From positions 3,968,001-4,032,000 of the forward strand of contig CBDASK010000003.1 of the NCBI GenBank assembly GCA_965199495.1: 64,000 bases of DNA. The letters run 5' to 3'. The stretch is from Abditibacterium sp. (GTDB lineage Bacteria; Armatimonadota; Abditibacteriia; Abditibacteriales; Abditibacteriaceae). Made by a program: the position numbers and the translations under genes. Below the pieces are notes generated by a model. The model was not told the DNA's origin. It did not search any database and saw only the letters and a list, made by a program, of their open reading frames with translations. Numbering within the stretch: the first letter of the stretch is position 1; each line of letters opens with the position of its first letter. Of the stretch, positions 30,838 through 41,450 are shown piece by piece.

Positions 30838-30913
30838 AGCGGGGCTAACGCACCCTTCCAATCGGCGTGTTTTCAATGAACTCCGCCGATTGGAAGGGTG
30901 CGTTAGCCCCGCT
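30838..30913. repeat. REPIN-like inverted repeat, family B copy 2
   Basis: AGCGGGGCTAACGCACCCTTCCAATC ... GATTGGAAGGGTGCGTTAGCCCCGCT; spacer partly shared with copy 1. Confidence 0.9.
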
Positions 30914-31598
30914 ATTTATCCGAACGCGCGCGATAAATCTGCGCCAATTCATCGGGCGCTTGGCCGAGTTGAAAACGCATTTGCAATTCTATCCACAGCC
31001 ACAAAATGCGGAACGGCTGATGCGCAAAACGGCGCGCCGAAACCTGTAAGCGCCCGGCGCAGCACGCGGTTTTTCCGCGCGCTTCCAATTGTTTCACCAT
31101 CGCGTAATCCTCGAATAACGGCCAATCGCGAAAGCCGCCGACTTGCAGCCACGCCGCGCGCGTCAGCCAAATTCCCGAATCGCCGTAATAGCAGCCACGG
31201 GCGCGTTGCGCGCGCGCGATTTGTTCAAACAAACGTGGCGCCAAACCGCGCTCCATAAATTTGATGCGAAAATTGCCGCCGACGCAACCGCCCTCCAATG
31301 CGCGCGCGATTTGCGCGGTTGCGCCAAGTGGCGGCAGACAATCGGCGTGCAGAAACCACAAAACGTCGCCGGTTGCGCATTGCGCGCCCAAATTCTGTTG
31401 CGGCCCACGACCGCGCGCGCCTTCGACAACCGTCGCGCCCGCCGCGCGCGCGATTTGCGTCGTTTCGTCCGTCGAACCGCCATCGGCGACGATGATTTGC
31501 GCGATGTTTGGCATCGCGCCCAAACGTTTCAACAAACGCGGCAGATGTGCAGCTTCGTTGTAAGTCGGGATGATGATCGAAATGAATGCGGGCATCAC
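30912..31598 (-). CDS. Glycosyltransferase family 2 (TIGR04283-like)
   Basis: SIIIPTYNE, DGGSTD, FLHAD, YGD, LFED, VSARRF. Confidence 0.88.
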   Translation of the reverse strand: MMPAFISIIIPTYNEAAHLPRLLKRLGAMPNIAQIIVADGGSTDETTQIARAAGATVVEGARGRGPQQNLGAQCATGDVLWFLHADCLPPLGATAQIARALEGGCVGGNFRIKFMERGLAPRLFEQIARAQRARGCYYGDSGIWLTRAAWLQVGGFRDWPLFEDYAMVKQLEARGKTACCAGRLQVSARRFAHQPFRILWLWIELQMRFQLGQAPDELAQIYRARSDK

Positions 31599-31615
31599 AG
31601 GGAATTACGCAATTC

Positions 31616-32680
31616 TCAGTTCACGCGAAACAGCAACACGCGCGCGCTTTGTTGGCCGGTGCGAGGCACGGCGACGGCGAACAATTTTTGTGACGGAATG
31701 TAATATCCGGTGCGCGCGTGCGCGCCCACGGCCAAACGTTGCAGACGGCGTGGCTGCTGCGTCGGCGTGGCATCAAAAACGTCAATGGCGCCTTCTTCGC
31801 CGCCGATCATCACCAATTTGCGCGTGGTCGCATCGTAATAGGCGTCGTCGCAATCGCCCACGCATGGCGTTTGCGATTGCAGTTGGCCGCTTTGCGTATC
31901 GTAAACCAACAACAGCGCCGGTTTGCGCGCGATGACAAACAGCCGATGGTTGGGCGCATCCAAAACCATCGCGAAGTTTTTCTGCGCGACTGCAACCGGA
32001 ATTTTCGTCGTCATTTCCATTGTTTCGCCGCTCGATTTCACCACGCCAACGACGTGTTCGTCGGGCACGTTGACGTAAATCGTCTCGCCGTTAATCTGGA
32101 ACGATTCGGGGTGCGAATCGAGTTCCAATCGCGCGCGCCAATCGGCCTGACGCGGCGCGGTCATGTTCAAATCGGCGGGCGAACGCGGCGGAGCAGCCAC
32201 GCCGCCTTTGTCGGTTGGCAACAGCGCCTTAAGATCAATCGCTGACAGCGTGCCCGCGCCCGGCTCGCCGTTGCTGCCGACGTAAAGCGTTTGCGTCGGC
32301 GCGTCGTAGCGCACGTTGTCGGAGTTGCGGCCCAGATCAACCCACGGCCCGGGTTTAAGCGTTTGCGCGTCGAACGAGCGCAGCGTGCCGTCGCCGCGAC
32401 TGGCGACGAAAACGAAATCTGCGCCGGGCGCGTAAGCCAAACCCTGCGGTTCGGTCAACCCGGTGATTTCGGCGACGCGCCGTTTTTTGTTCAGATCGAG
32501 AACCTCGACGCTGTGATTTTCCAGGCCAGCGAGCCACAATCGGTTGCGACGGGAATCGTAAGTAAAATGGTCAATGCGGCCCACAACGTTTGGCAATTCG
32601 ATTTGGCCGACGGGCGTCAGCGATTGCGCGAAAGACGGCGCGGCGAAAAGGGCGAGCGCGAGTAGAGTTTTGCGAAACAT
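31616..32680 (-). CDS. Secreted YncE-like beta-propeller protein
   Basis: Signal peptide ending SFA; GRIDH, EPQG, DNVRYD, HPESFQ, ART motifs. Confidence 0.78.
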   Translation of the reverse strand: MFRKTLLALALFAAPSFAQSLTPVGQIELPNVVGRIDHFTYDSRRNRLWLAGLENHSVEVLDLNKKRRVAEITGLTEPQGLAYAPGADFVFVASRGDGTLRSFDAQTLKPGPWVDLGRNSDNVRYDAPTQTLYVGSNGEPGAGTLSAIDLKALLPTDKGGVAAPPRSPADLNMTAPRQADWRARLELDSHPESFQINGETIYVNVPDEHVVGVVKSSGETMEMTTKIPVAVAQKNFAMVLDAPNHRLFVIARKPALLLVYDTQSGQLQSQTPCVGDCDDAYYDATTRKLVMIGGEEGAIDVFDATPTQQPRRLQRLAVGAHARTGYYIPSQKLFAVAVPRTGQQSARVLLFRVN

Positions 32681-32737
32681 CGCAAACAATTTTACCAATC
32701 CGCTTGCCCGCCAAAACAACTTAAACTTCTCTCACCA

Positions 32738-34804
32738 ATGCCCGCTCCCGAACTTTCGTTTCATTCGCTCTATCGTCACGGCTTCGTGCGCACCGCCGTG
32801 GCTGTGCCGCGCGTGCGCGTCGCCGACCCGCATTATAACGCCGCGCGCACGCTCGAAATGGCACGCCGCGCCGCCCAAAATGGCGCCGCTCTGGCGCTGT
32901 TTCCCGAATTAGGAATCACCGCTTACAGTTGCGAAGATTTGTTCGGCCAAGACGCGTTATTGTCCGCCACTCTCGACGCGCTGGGCGAATTTATCGAAGC
33001 GACGCGCGAACTCAACACGATTTTACTCGTCGGCGCGCCCTTGCGCATCGGCCATCGTTTGTTCAATTGCGGCCTCGCGATTTACAAAGGTCAAATTTTG
33101 GGCGCCGCGCCCAAATCGTATTTGCCCAATTATCGCGAGTTTTACGAAGCCCGCCAGTTCGCGCCCGCCAGTGCAGCCACGGCGACCGAGATTACCGTTT
33201 GCGGCCAGACCGTGCCTTTTGGCGCGCGTCTGGTTTTCGCGGCGAATAACCGGCCCGATTTCTCGTTTTCGATGGAAATCTGCGAAGACGTGTGGACGCC
33301 ACTTCCGCCCTCGACTTTCGCGGCGCTGGCGGGAGCGACGGTTTTGTGCAACTTGTCGGCGAGCAATATCACGATTGGCAAGGCCGATTATCGCAAGAAC
33401 TTGTGCAGTTCGCAATCAGCCAAATGTCTGAGCGCTTATCTGTATAGCGCGGCTGGCCCCGGCGAAAGCACGACCGATTTGGCATGGGACGGCCACGCCT
33501 TAATCTACGAGAACGGCGATTTAGTCACCGAATCGCCGCGCTTTTCGCGCGACGAAGAGATTATTTTCGGCGATATTGATCTCGAACGTTTAACCCACGA
33601 ACGCGCGCGTTTGACGAGTTACACCGACACCATCGAGCGTTGGAAAGACGAACTCGCTCTCGTTCGCACGGTTAATTTCGATTGGCAAGCGCCGACCGAA
33701 ATCTTCGCATTAGAACGCGACATCGAACGCTTTCCGTTCGTGCCCAACGACGAGGCTTTGCGCGACGAGCGTTGCTATGAAGCCTACAACATTCAGGTTC
33801 ACGGCCTGATGAAACGTTTGGAATTTATCAAGGGCGAGAAAATTGTCATTGGCGTTTCGGGCGGCTTGGATTCGACGCACGCGCTGATTGTCGCCGCCAA
33901 AACGATGGACAGACTGGGTTTGCCGCGCACCAATATTCTGGGTTATACGATGCCGGGTTACGCGACATCGGCGGGCACCAAAAGCAACGCGCACGCTTTG
34001 ATGGAGGCGTTGGGCGTGACAGTTCACGAAATTGACATTCGTCCGAGCAGTTTGCAGATGCTCAAAGACATCGAGCATCCCTTTGGCGCGGGCGAACCGC
34101 AATACGATGTGACGTTCGAGAATGTGCAGGCGGGCGAACGCACGTCGCATCTGTTTCGATTGGCCAATTTTCAGGACGCCATCGTTTTGGGAACCGGCGA
34201 TTTGAGCGAATTGGCGCTGGGCTGGTGTACCTACGGCGTCGGCGACCACATGAGCCATTACAACGTCAACGCCAGCGTGCCCAAAACGCTGATTCAACAT
34301 CTGATTCGCTACATCATCGAAAGCGGCGAATTCGATACAGCCACCGGCACGATATTGCAAGCGATTCTCGATACCGAAATTTCGCCCGAACTCGTGCCCG
34401 CAGATGCCGATGGCGACGCGGGCATTCAGTCCACGCAGCAGAAAATCGGGCCATACGAGTTGCAGGATTTCAATTTGTATTACATCACGCGTTTTGGTTT
34501 CGCGCCCTCGAAAGTCGCGTTTTTGAGCTATCACGCGTGGAGCAACGCGCAAGATGGCGATTGGCCGCCCGGCTTTGGCGAAGCGGCGCGCAATCAATAT
34601 TCGCTCGCCGAAATCAAACATTGGCTCCAAGTCTTTTGTTTTCGCTTTTTCCAGATTTCGCAGTTCAAACGCTCGACCGTGCCCAACGGCCCGAAAGTCG
34701 GCAGCGGCGGTAGCCTCAGCCCGCGCGGCGATTGGCGCGCGCCGTCCGATGGCGAAAGCGTGGTTTGGCTCGACGAGTTAAAGCGCAACGTGCCGGACGC
34801 GTGA
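32738..34804 (+). CDS. nadE: Glutamine-dependent NAD+ synthetase
   Basis: Nitrilase domain ([22 protein letters not shown]) plus synthetase domain ([23 protein letters not shown]). Confidence 0.97.
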   Translation: MPAPELSFHSLYRHGFVRTAVAVPRVRVADPHYNAARTLEMARRAAQNGAALALFPELGITAYSCEDLFGQDALLSATLDALGEFIEATRELNTILLVGAPLRIGHRLFNCGLAIYKGQILGAAPKSYLPNYREFYEARQFAPASAATATEITVCGQTVPFGARLVFAANNRPDFSFSMEICEDVWTPLPPSTFAALAGATVLCNLSASNITIGKADYRKNLCSSQSAKCLSAYLYSAAGPGESTTDLAWDGHALIYENGDLVTESPRFSRDEEIIFGDIDLERLTHERARLTSYTDTIERWKDELALVRTVNFDWQAPTEIFALERDIERFPFVPNDEALRDERCYEAYNIQVHGLMKRLEFIKGEKIVIGVSGGLDSTHALIVAAKTMDRLGLPRTNILGYTMPGYATSAGTKSNAHALMEALGVTVHEIDIRPSSLQMLKDIEHPFGAGEPQYDVTFENVQAGERTSHLFRLANFQDAIVLGTGDLSELALGWCTYGVGDHMSHYNVNASVPKTLIQHLIRYIIESGEFDTATGTILQAILDTEISPELVPADADGDAGIQSTQQKIGPYELQDFNLYYITRFGFAPSKVAFLSYHAWSNAQDGDWPPGFGEAARNQYSLAEIKHWLQVFCFRFFQISQFKRSTVPNGPKVGSGGSLSPRGDWRAPSDGESVVWLDELKRNVPDA

Positions 34805-34810
34805 TGAATT

Positions 34811-35776
34811 ATGAAACGTAAAATCAAAGAAATCGTGCTGTTGCTGGTGCCCGTGGCTGCTCTTGCCGTTTTGGTGCCGGGGGTGCGTTGGTTTAACAAT
34901 TGGCGCGCAGTTCCACGCATTGAAATGTGCATTTTGCGGCCCGCGACAGCGTGGGAAGCATCGCAGGGGGCGACGGTCGGTTACACCGCGCGCACGGTCA
35001 CACCTGACGCGGGCGGGCCGTTTTGGAGCGGCGGCATCGAAATTCGCAACGCGCGCGGCGAGAGTTGGGCGAGCGATGCGCCCGGTTGGGGGAAAATCGC
35101 GGTGCCGAGCGACGATGATTATCCCGACGATGGCGTCGCAAGCGACGATATTGGTTCGGCGGATAATCGTAGCGGCGGAACTATGGAGCTTCGCGGCGGT
35201 TTGAAGTGGAAGCGGGTCGCGGAAAAAGATGCGAGTGTTCAAGCGGAAATCTCGCTGTGGCCCAATGTCGATGATGGCGCCCCTTATCACGTTGAAAAGA
35301 CGCGAATTTTTACGCTGCAAAATGAGGTTGCGCCGCCCCGCTTCAAGGCTTTGCGCCGCTCAAATTTTCAACTGGAAAAGGTGCAACTAACTACAAGTGA
35401 TTGTGGACAAGGATGTGGCTTGAGTCATCGTCTTGAGTTTCTCCTTGAACGTTCAAGCTCTATTCCAAAACCGTCGCTTTGTGTGAGTAGCGTTGGGCAG
35501 GGTAAGTTAAGTTTCAATGCGAATAATCAGGTTCTCCCGATAATTTCTGCCCTTGAAGATGATTGGTTTAAGCCTGGCCGAATGATGTCAATCACGATGA
35601 CGTATGATGAAAACACCCCGTCGCTTCGTGACCAACCCGCTCATTTTATTGGCCTACTCAGCATTGACGATGGCTGGCCGCAAGAAATCCGCGTCGAATT
35701 ACCGCAAGGTTTGCCCACACAAATCGGCACGATCAATTTGCCATTTACCGCCCCGCTCGCGCCGTTGCCCAAATAA
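34811..35776 (+). CDS. Hypothetical membrane-anchored protein
   Basis: Basic N-terminus and TM helix; 6 nt after nadE. Confidence 0.7.
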   Translation: MKRKIKEIVLLLVPVAALAVLVPGVRWFNNWRAVPRIEMCILRPATAWEASQGATVGYTARTVTPDAGGPFWSGGIEIRNARGESWASDAPGWGKIAVPSDDDYPDDGVASDDIGSADNRSGGTMELRGGLKWKRVAEKDASVQAEISLWPNVDDGAPYHVEKTRIFTLQNEVAPPRFKALRRSNFQLEKVQLTTSDCGQGCGLSHRLEFLLERSSSIPKPSLCVSSVGQGKLSFNANNQVLPIISALEDDWFKPGRMMSITMTYDENTPSLRDQPAHFIGLLSIDDGWPQEIRVELPQGLPTQIGTINLPFTAPLAPLPK

Positions 35777-35777
35777 T

Positions 35778-36764
35778 CTAATTCAACGCGCGGCTCAGCC
35801 AATTCGCGCTTTGGCGCGGCGAAACTTTGTCGCGCAACCAATCGCGCAGTTCGAGTTGGGCTTCCAACTTGTCGTGAGCCGACAAAGAAGATTCGATTTC
35901 GATTGATAATTGAACGTCGGGCGCGACGGTTTCCCAGCGGCCCCGCCAACGTTCGCCCCACCGCGTTTTCGGGCGGTTGGTGGCCTTCTTCCAACTCAGG
36001 CCGACCAGAACGAAATGCGATTCCATCAGGCGCAACAATGGCTCGAAGGCGGGCGAAACTTGCAGATCGCTGGCGAACGACGACTGCCAATCCTGACTGA
36101 ACCAGCCGCCTTCGTTGATCGGACTGCTCGCCGCGAAACTGCGCCGAAACGCTCCGCTTTGCTGCGGGTGATTCGGATCGCGCCGTATGAAAATGCGCGT
36201 GACGAGCGCGAAAATGCGGTTCAATTCGGCTTTGTCGCCCGCGAGCCATTGGAGCGGAATGTCGCGGCGCTCGCCCGGTTCCATCGCGCGATTGATGAGC
36301 GCGTCGGCGGCGTGGCTGTAAGTGCGGCGCGTGGCGTTTTGAAAATGGTTGCCCCAAATATCGAGCGTTTTACGGTCACGATGCACCGGCGTTTGGTGCC
36401 AATCGCGCGCGAACCACTCGCGTAGCCAACCCGAATAATCGGCGCGATGAACGATGGCTAAAGTTGTCGAAATGTTGGTGCCGGGCAACGTCGGGCGATA
36501 AATCACGAAACGCCCATAATTGTCGCGTTCGATTTCCTCGCGCCAAAATTCGATCAGTTCGTCGCCACGCATTTCGCGTTCAAATTGCCGCATTATCGCC
36601 CACATCGGCGCGCGTTTTGGTTCGCGGAAATAAATCATGCCCTCGCGCATTTTGAGCAGGAACTGCCGTTTGCGCCCGGCAATTTCGAGTTCGGTTTGCG
36701 CCTGCGGAATCGTTGAAGCGCCCGCCCCGCGATGTTCCCACGGCAAAATCGAAAACTCACGCAT
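35778..36764 (-). CDS. Orphan protein with C-terminal SAHDKLEAQLELRDW motif (family member 1, 328 aa)
   Basis: ATG 2 nt after the oxidoreductase stop; motif shared with 44370-45353 and 61799-62797. Confidence 0.8.
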   Translation of the reverse strand: MREFSILPWEHRGAGASTIPQAQTELEIAGRKRQFLLKMREGMIYFREPKRAPMWAIMRQFEREMRGDELIEFWREEIERDNYGRFVIYRPTLPGTNISTTLAIVHRADYSGWLREWFARDWHQTPVHRDRKTLDIWGNHFQNATRRTYSHAADALINRAMEPGERRDIPLQWLAGDKAELNRIFALVTRIFIRRDPNHPQQSGAFRRSFAASSPINEGGWFSQDWQSSFASDLQVSPAFEPLLRLMESHFVLVGLSWKKATNRPKTRWGERWRGRWETVAPDVQLSIEIESSLSAHDKLEAQLELRDWLRDKVSPRQSANWLSRALN

Positions 36765-36766
36765 AT

Positions 36767-37906
36767 TCAATAACCCCGCGTCGCGCGCAAGGCGAGCGCG
36801 CTCAAGGGCGGAATTTGGTCGAAAAATCGCAGCGCGGGCAAAGTTAAATTGGGCACGATGAAAAGCGGTTGCAGCGTTTGCGCCCAGCTCAAACGGCGCC
36901 CGAATTCGCGGTGCCAACTGGCGCTGTAAAGCGGCGCGACATCGGCGCGCTTCAAATCTCCACAGATCGCCGCGCCCGTCGTGGCTGCGGCCAACTCGCC
37001 GCTGCGCACGGCCATCGCCATGCCGTCGCCCGAAAGCGGATGAATAGTGCCCGCCGCGTCGCCCGCGCGCAAAATACCGTCTTCGCCGATGGGTTCGCGC
37101 TTCTCGAACGAAACATTGGCCGTCGCCATCCACGCGAAATCGGGCGTCGAGTTCGCCGTCGCGCGGCCCAGCGCGCGGTTTTCGATGCCGATTTTATCCC
37201 AGAACTGCTGCGGTTTCAATCCACGCGTCCGTTCGTAACTCGCCAGCAAACAAGCGTTGGTTAAACCGCCGCCGATGCCGACCAAACCGCAATAACCGCC
37301 GCGAAACGGAAACATCTGCACTTCGCCACTCGGCACATTCGCGCCGCGCAGATGCGTTTTGAATCCGACGAAACGGCGCGCTTTTGCGCGCGCCGTTACT
37401 TCGTGATGGATGCGCGAATTGCGTCCGCTCGCATCAATGACGAAACGCGCCTCGATGAAACGTTCGATGGCTTTGCACGCGCCGAGGCCCAGACGGTAAC
37501 CGTTTCCCAACTTCTCGATATGACCAACGCGTGTTTGTTCCAACCCAAAAACGCTCGCTTCGGCGCAAGCGCACCACATCAAGGCGTCGAGTTTTTGGCG
37601 CGACAGAGCGAATCCGCTCGCGGGCAACGGCATCGCGCCACCCATTCGCTTTGACGTTAAAATGCGGGCGCGATCAACCGGAATCGCGCCCGCGTTTTCG
37701 ATGGAGGCGGTCACGCCCAAACGCGCGAATGTGGCGAGGCTTTCGGGCGAAACGAACTCGCCGCAAACTTTATGACGCCCAGCTTGTCCGGCTTCGATGA
37801 GCGCGACAGAGCAGCCACGGCGAGCCAGTGCCAGAGCCGCGCTGGTACCTCCGAGACCCGCGCCTATGACGGCGACATCGAAAAAGGGGACGGCGGGGTG
37901 AGACAT
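36767..37906 (-). CDS. FAD-dependent oxidoreductase (geranylgeranyl reductase/halogenase-like)
   Basis: DVAVIGAGLGG, HKVCGEF, IDASGR, GDAAGTIHPLSGDGMAMA. Confidence 0.9.
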   Translation of the reverse strand: MSHPAVPFFDVAVIGAGLGGTSAALALARRGCSVALIEAGQAGRHKVCGEFVSPESLATFARLGVTASIENAGAIPVDRARILTSKRMGGAMPLPASGFALSRQKLDALMWCACAEASVFGLEQTRVGHIEKLGNGYRLGLGACKAIERFIEARFVIDASGRNSRIHHEVTARAKARRFVGFKTHLRGANVPSGEVQMFPFRGGYCGLVGIGGGLTNACLLASYERTRGLKPQQFWDKIGIENRALGRATANSTPDFAWMATANVSFEKREPIGEDGILRAGDAAGTIHPLSGDGMAMAVRSGELAAATTGAAICGDLKRADVAPLYSASWHREFGRRLSWAQTLQPLFIVPNLTLPALRFFDQIPPLSALALRATRGY

Positions 37907-37917
37907 GGAAACAAAAG

Positions 37918-38607
37918 TTAGCGGCGCCAGTTCGCGCTCATGCGATAGGGAAAGCTGGTGGCGACCCATGCGCCTTCAATCGGCGCGATAATCTCGCGCA
38001 TTTCATCGGGCGTGTAAGCGCGATAAATCGAAGCGACCGCATCGTAACGCGTTAAATACGAACGTGCCAGAACCGGACGCGCCACGCGGAAAAACCATAA
38101 TGGCAACGCGTCGCGCACCTGATCGTGCATCGTCCAACCGACGCGCGCGACGCGACTAAATTCGTTTAGTAACGCGCGGATTTGTGGCGCGCGAAAGTGA
38201 TGCAGAAACAATGTCGAAATCACCACATCCACGCTTTGATCCCGCAGTGGCAAATTAAAAGCATCCGCACCTAAAAGTTCGATATTAACGTGGTTTATCG
38301 TGTCTTCGCGCGCGATTTGCAGATGGCGCGCGTTGATGTCGAGACCGATCAAATTTAATCTCACGCCGCGTTGTCGCGCCTGTTTTTTCAGCCGCAACAA
38401 AATATCGGCGTTGCCGGTTCCGATGTCCAAAATCGTCGCGTTTTTTGTGTCATCGAGCAGTTCCCAGACGGCATCGCACACCGGTTTGGCGCCGCCCATA
38501 TAGGTATTAATGCGCCGAATATCGCCCAACGAGCGGCGCACTTCGGAAAGATTTCCGGCGTGCAAATCGAGCAGTTCGGGCTTTTCGCGTTGGGGCAGGG
38601 AAGGCAT
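37918..38607 (-). CDS. SAM-dependent methyltransferase
   Basis: ELLD..IRRINTYMG, ILDIGTG, STLFLHHF, DAVASIYRAYT. Confidence 0.9.
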   Translation of the reverse strand: MPSLPQREKPELLDLHAGNLSEVRRSLGDIRRINTYMGGAKPVCDAVWELLDDTKNATILDIGTGNADILLRLKKQARQRGVRLNLIGLDINARHLQIAREDTINHVNIELLGADAFNLPLRDQSVDVVISTLFLHHFRAPQIRALLNEFSRVARVGWTMHDQVRDALPLWFFRVARPVLARSYLTRYDAVASIYRAYTPDEMREIIAPIEGAWVATSFPYRMSANWRR

Positions 38608-38613
38608 AATCTT

Positions 38614-38751
38614 TTAGCCACAGAAGGCACAGAGGGACACAGAAAAGAATGCAAAGAGCAAAAATAAAAGACAAAAACCAGTTCTTTTTCATCATAATTT
38701 CTTTGTTCTTTTCTGTGTCCTTTGTGTGTCCTCTGTGAACTTTGTGGCTAA
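38614..38751. repeat. CACAGAG-rich inverted repeat, family D copy 2
   Basis: TTAGCCACAGAAGGCACAGAGGGACACAGAAAAG ... CTTTTCTGTGTCCTTTGTGTGTCCTCTGTGAACTTTGTGGCTAA. Confidence 0.82.
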
Positions 38752-38761
38752 TTCAAAACTA

Positions 38762-40039
38762 CTAATCTCCCTTACGCACGACCAAAGCCGCGTTTTTTGA
38801 GCCGAATCCCAGACAATTGCACATTGCGACATCCACGTTGCCTCGGCGTGGCTGGTTGGCGATGTAATCTAAATCGCACTTTTCGTCGGGATTATCGAGA
38901 TTAATTGTCGCGGGCAAAGTGCCGGTTTGCATCGCCACAATCGTCGCGCCCAAACCCGCCGAACCCGAAGCGCCCTGTGGATGGCCGATTTGCGATTTAC
39001 TCGAACTCATCGGCACATCATAGGCGCGCTCGCCGAAGACCATCTTGACAGCGGCGGTTTCGAGCGGATCGTTCAGATCGGTCGCGGTACCGTGCAAATT
39101 GACGTAATCAATTTCGCTTTGATCTACGCCCGCATCGGCGAGCGCCAGCGTCATGGCGCGCGCGGCTTCGTCGGGCGTTTTGAGCGCGACGCGATGATAA
39201 GCCTCGCAGGTCGCGCCAAACCCGCAAATTTCGGCGATGATATTGGCGCCGCGCGCCAGAGCGGTTTCGCGTTCTTCGAGAACGTAAATCCACGAACCTT
39301 CGCCCAAAACGAAACCGTCGCGGTCGGCGCTAAACGGGCGCGAGGCATGAGCGGGATCGTCGTTCCAATGTGTCGGCACGGCGCGCATCAGGCAAAATCC
39401 GGCCATCATGCCGGGCGTGACGCAACCGTCGGCGCCGCCGACAATCAAACGTTTCTCGCGGCCATTGCGAATCAAATCGAGCGCGTAACCCAACGCGTCC
39501 GATGAGGAAGTGCAACCATCGGAAACCGTGTGCGAGCGTCCGTTGAAACCGTGCGCGATGGAAATTTCCGACGAGACCATGCCGGGAATTGAACTCGAAA
39601 TCGCGTAGGGCGATAAGCGCTTGTCGTGGCCGGTGAACCACAACGCGAATTGTGCCTCGGCAAAAGAGAAGCCACCGCCGCCGCTGCCCAGCAAAACGCC
39701 GGTTTCATGTTTCTGCTCGCGCGTCATTTCGCCAAGTCCGGCGCTTTGAAGCGCCTCGCGCGCGGCGCACAACGCCAAGGGCACGACGCGCGGCACGCGG
39801 TTTAAATCTTTGGGATCGAGATAAAGCGACGGATCGAAATCGGGCACTTCGCCCGCGACCTGACATTCGAGCGCGTCTATATGCGGGTTAAGCGGGACGG
39901 GGATATCAGGATCGAATAATGAAATGCGGCGAATCGCCGAAGCGCCCGAAGTCAGGCCATCTGTCCACGCTTTCCAGCCTACGCCAAAGGGCGAAACGGC
40001 GCCGATTCCGGTGATGACGGCACGATTTGGTATTGACAC
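38762..40039 (-). CDS. fabF: Beta-ketoacyl-ACP synthase (FabF-like)
   Basis: VITGIG, DGCTSS (Cys), RDGFVLGEG, HGTAT, KSQIGH, GFGSKN; GTG start assumed. Confidence 0.85.
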   Translation of the reverse strand: MSIPNRAVITGIGAVSPFGVGWKAWTDGLTSGASAIRRISLFDPDIPVPLNPHIDALECQVAGEVPDFDPSLYLDPKDLNRVPRVVPLALCAAREALQSAGLGEMTREQKHETGVLLGSGGGGFSFAEAQFALWFTGHDKRLSPYAISSSIPGMVSSEISIAHGFNGRSHTVSDGCTSSSDALGYALDLIRNGREKRLIVGGADGCVTPGMMAGFCLMRAVPTHWNDDPAHASRPFSADRDGFVLGEGSWIYVLEERETALARGANIIAEICGFGATCEAYHRVALKTPDEAARAMTLALADAGVDQSEIDYVNLHGTATDLNDPLETAAVKMVFGERAYDVPMSSSKSQIGHPQGASGSAGLGATIVAMQTGTLPATINLDNPDEKCDLDYIANQPRRGNVDVAMCNCLGFGSKNAALVVRKGD

Positions 40040-40192
40040 AAAAGGTTTGGACGCTTCTAAAACGCAATCGGCGCGCTTATTTCTAATTATGGCAATTGCC
40101 AAAAACGCTTAGTGCAACCGCGAACGCTCGCGCAATTTGCCGCGTAACACGCAACGCGAACGCTGGCACTTTGTCCAGTGGGGCTGAGAACC

Positions 40193-40236
40193 TTGACGTG
40201 ACGGTCTTAGCGCACTATATTCAAGTCACTTGAATA
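40193..40236 (+). promoter_or_regulatory. Sigma70-type promoter with overlapping palindromic operator
   Basis: TTGACG-N17-TATATT (40193-40221); palindrome TATTCAAGT-C-ACTTGAATA (40218-40236). Confidence 0.7.
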
Positions 40237-40252
40237 AAAAGCAAATTTTTCG

Positions 40253-40448
40253 ATGCGCAACGTCCGTTTCCGCATTCGTCCGTTACGCCGTCGGCAAAAA
40301 CTCACCTTGAAAGACGTGCCGCGCAACGCGGTTTCACTGAAAGTTTGCTCTCGAAAATTGAGTCGGCAAAACCACGACGCCACTTGCTACCTTAACGCGC
40401 ATTGCAGCGACGATGGGCGTGTTTGCCGAGCGGTTTGAGACTCCATAA
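40253..40448 (+). pseudogene. Frameshifted XRE-family HTH regulator
   Basis: Repairing two 1-bp deletions (~40319, ~40364) gives IRPLRRRQKLTLKDVAAQRGFTESLLSKIESGKTTTPLATLTRIAATMGV. Confidence 0.8.
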
Positions 40449-40457
40449 AGGAAAAAA

Positions 40458-41450
40458 ATGAAATATCGGATTGCCATTATTGGTTGTGGCGGCGTATCTT
40501 CGATGCACCTCGAAGGCTGTGCGCGCCGCCGCGACCGCGTCGAAGTCGTCGCCGCGTGCGACCCCGATGCGTCGCGTCTCGCTGCAGTGCAGGAGGAATT
40601 TGGCATCGCGCAGGGTTTTGCCACAATCGAAGACCTGCTCGCGGGCGCCGATTTCGATGTGGCGATTGTCTGCACACCGACCAACGTGCGCGAAGCCGTC
40701 GTCGCGACTTTGGCGGCGGCGAAAAAAGCCATTCTGGTCGAAAAACCGTTCGCGTCGTCGCTCGAATCGGGGCAAAAAATGGTCGAAATTTGCGAGAAAA
40801 ACGGTGTTTTGCTCGCGGTTGACCAAAATTTTCGCACCCATTTTCCGTTTCATATCGCCAAAACGCAAATCGCCGCCGGAAGTTTGGGCGCGGTCACGGC
40901 GATTCACCTCCAACACCTTTGTTTTCGCCAGGACAGCGGCTGGCGCACGCGGGAAGAGCGCCACGTCATCGAAATTATGGGCGTGCATTGGCTCGATGGT
41001 TTTCGCTGGATTTTGAATCGTGAGGCGCACAGCGTGACGGCGCAAATCCGCCATTCCAATGCCATCAACTGCGCGGGAGAAACCGATTTGAGCGTGCAAG
41101 TCGCTTTTGAAGGCGGCACTTTTGCGAGCTACGCGGACAGTTTTTCATCGCACTTCAATCGTTGCGAAGCGCTGATTTTGGGCGAACGGGCGACGTTGCA
41201 ACTGGACTACAACGGCGCGACGCTGTTGGAGCGCGGAAAGGCACCGCAGCATTGGGAAAACCCGTTCGCGGGCCAAGGCAAACCCGATGCGGCGTTCGAT
41301 TGCCTGAATCAGCTTTTGGACGCGCTCGAAAACGGCACGCTACCCGGAAATGGTGGGCGTGACAACCTCAAAACTCTGGCGCTGATGGAAGCGGCTTACG
41401 CTTCCGCCGCAAGCGGCGCGACGGTGAATTTGAAGGTGAACGCGTCGTGA
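40458..41450 (+). CDS. Gfo/Idh/MocA oxidoreductase
   Basis: IAIIGCG, ICTP-like VCTP, VEKPF, MGVHWLD. Confidence 0.92.
   Translation: MKYRIAIIGCGGVSSMHLEGCARRRDRVEVVAACDPDASRLAAVQEEFGIAQGFATIEDLLAGADFDVAIVCTPTNVREAVVATLAAAKKAILVEKPFASSLESGQKMVEICEKNGVLLAVDQNFRTHFPFHIAKTQIAAGSLGAVTAIHLQHLCFRQDSGWRTREERHVIEIMGVHWLDGFRWILNREAHSVTAQIRHSNAINCAGETDLSVQVAFEGGTFASYADSFSSHFNRCEALILGERATLQLDYNGATLLERGKAPQHWENPFAGQGKPDAAFDCLNQLLDALENGTLPGNGGRDNLKTLALMEAAYASAASGATVNLKVNAS

Noticed and set aside
36765..37133. N-terminal extension making the orphan protein 451 aa
   Set aside because: Overlaps the oxidoreductase; ATG at 36764 matches the paralog lengths.
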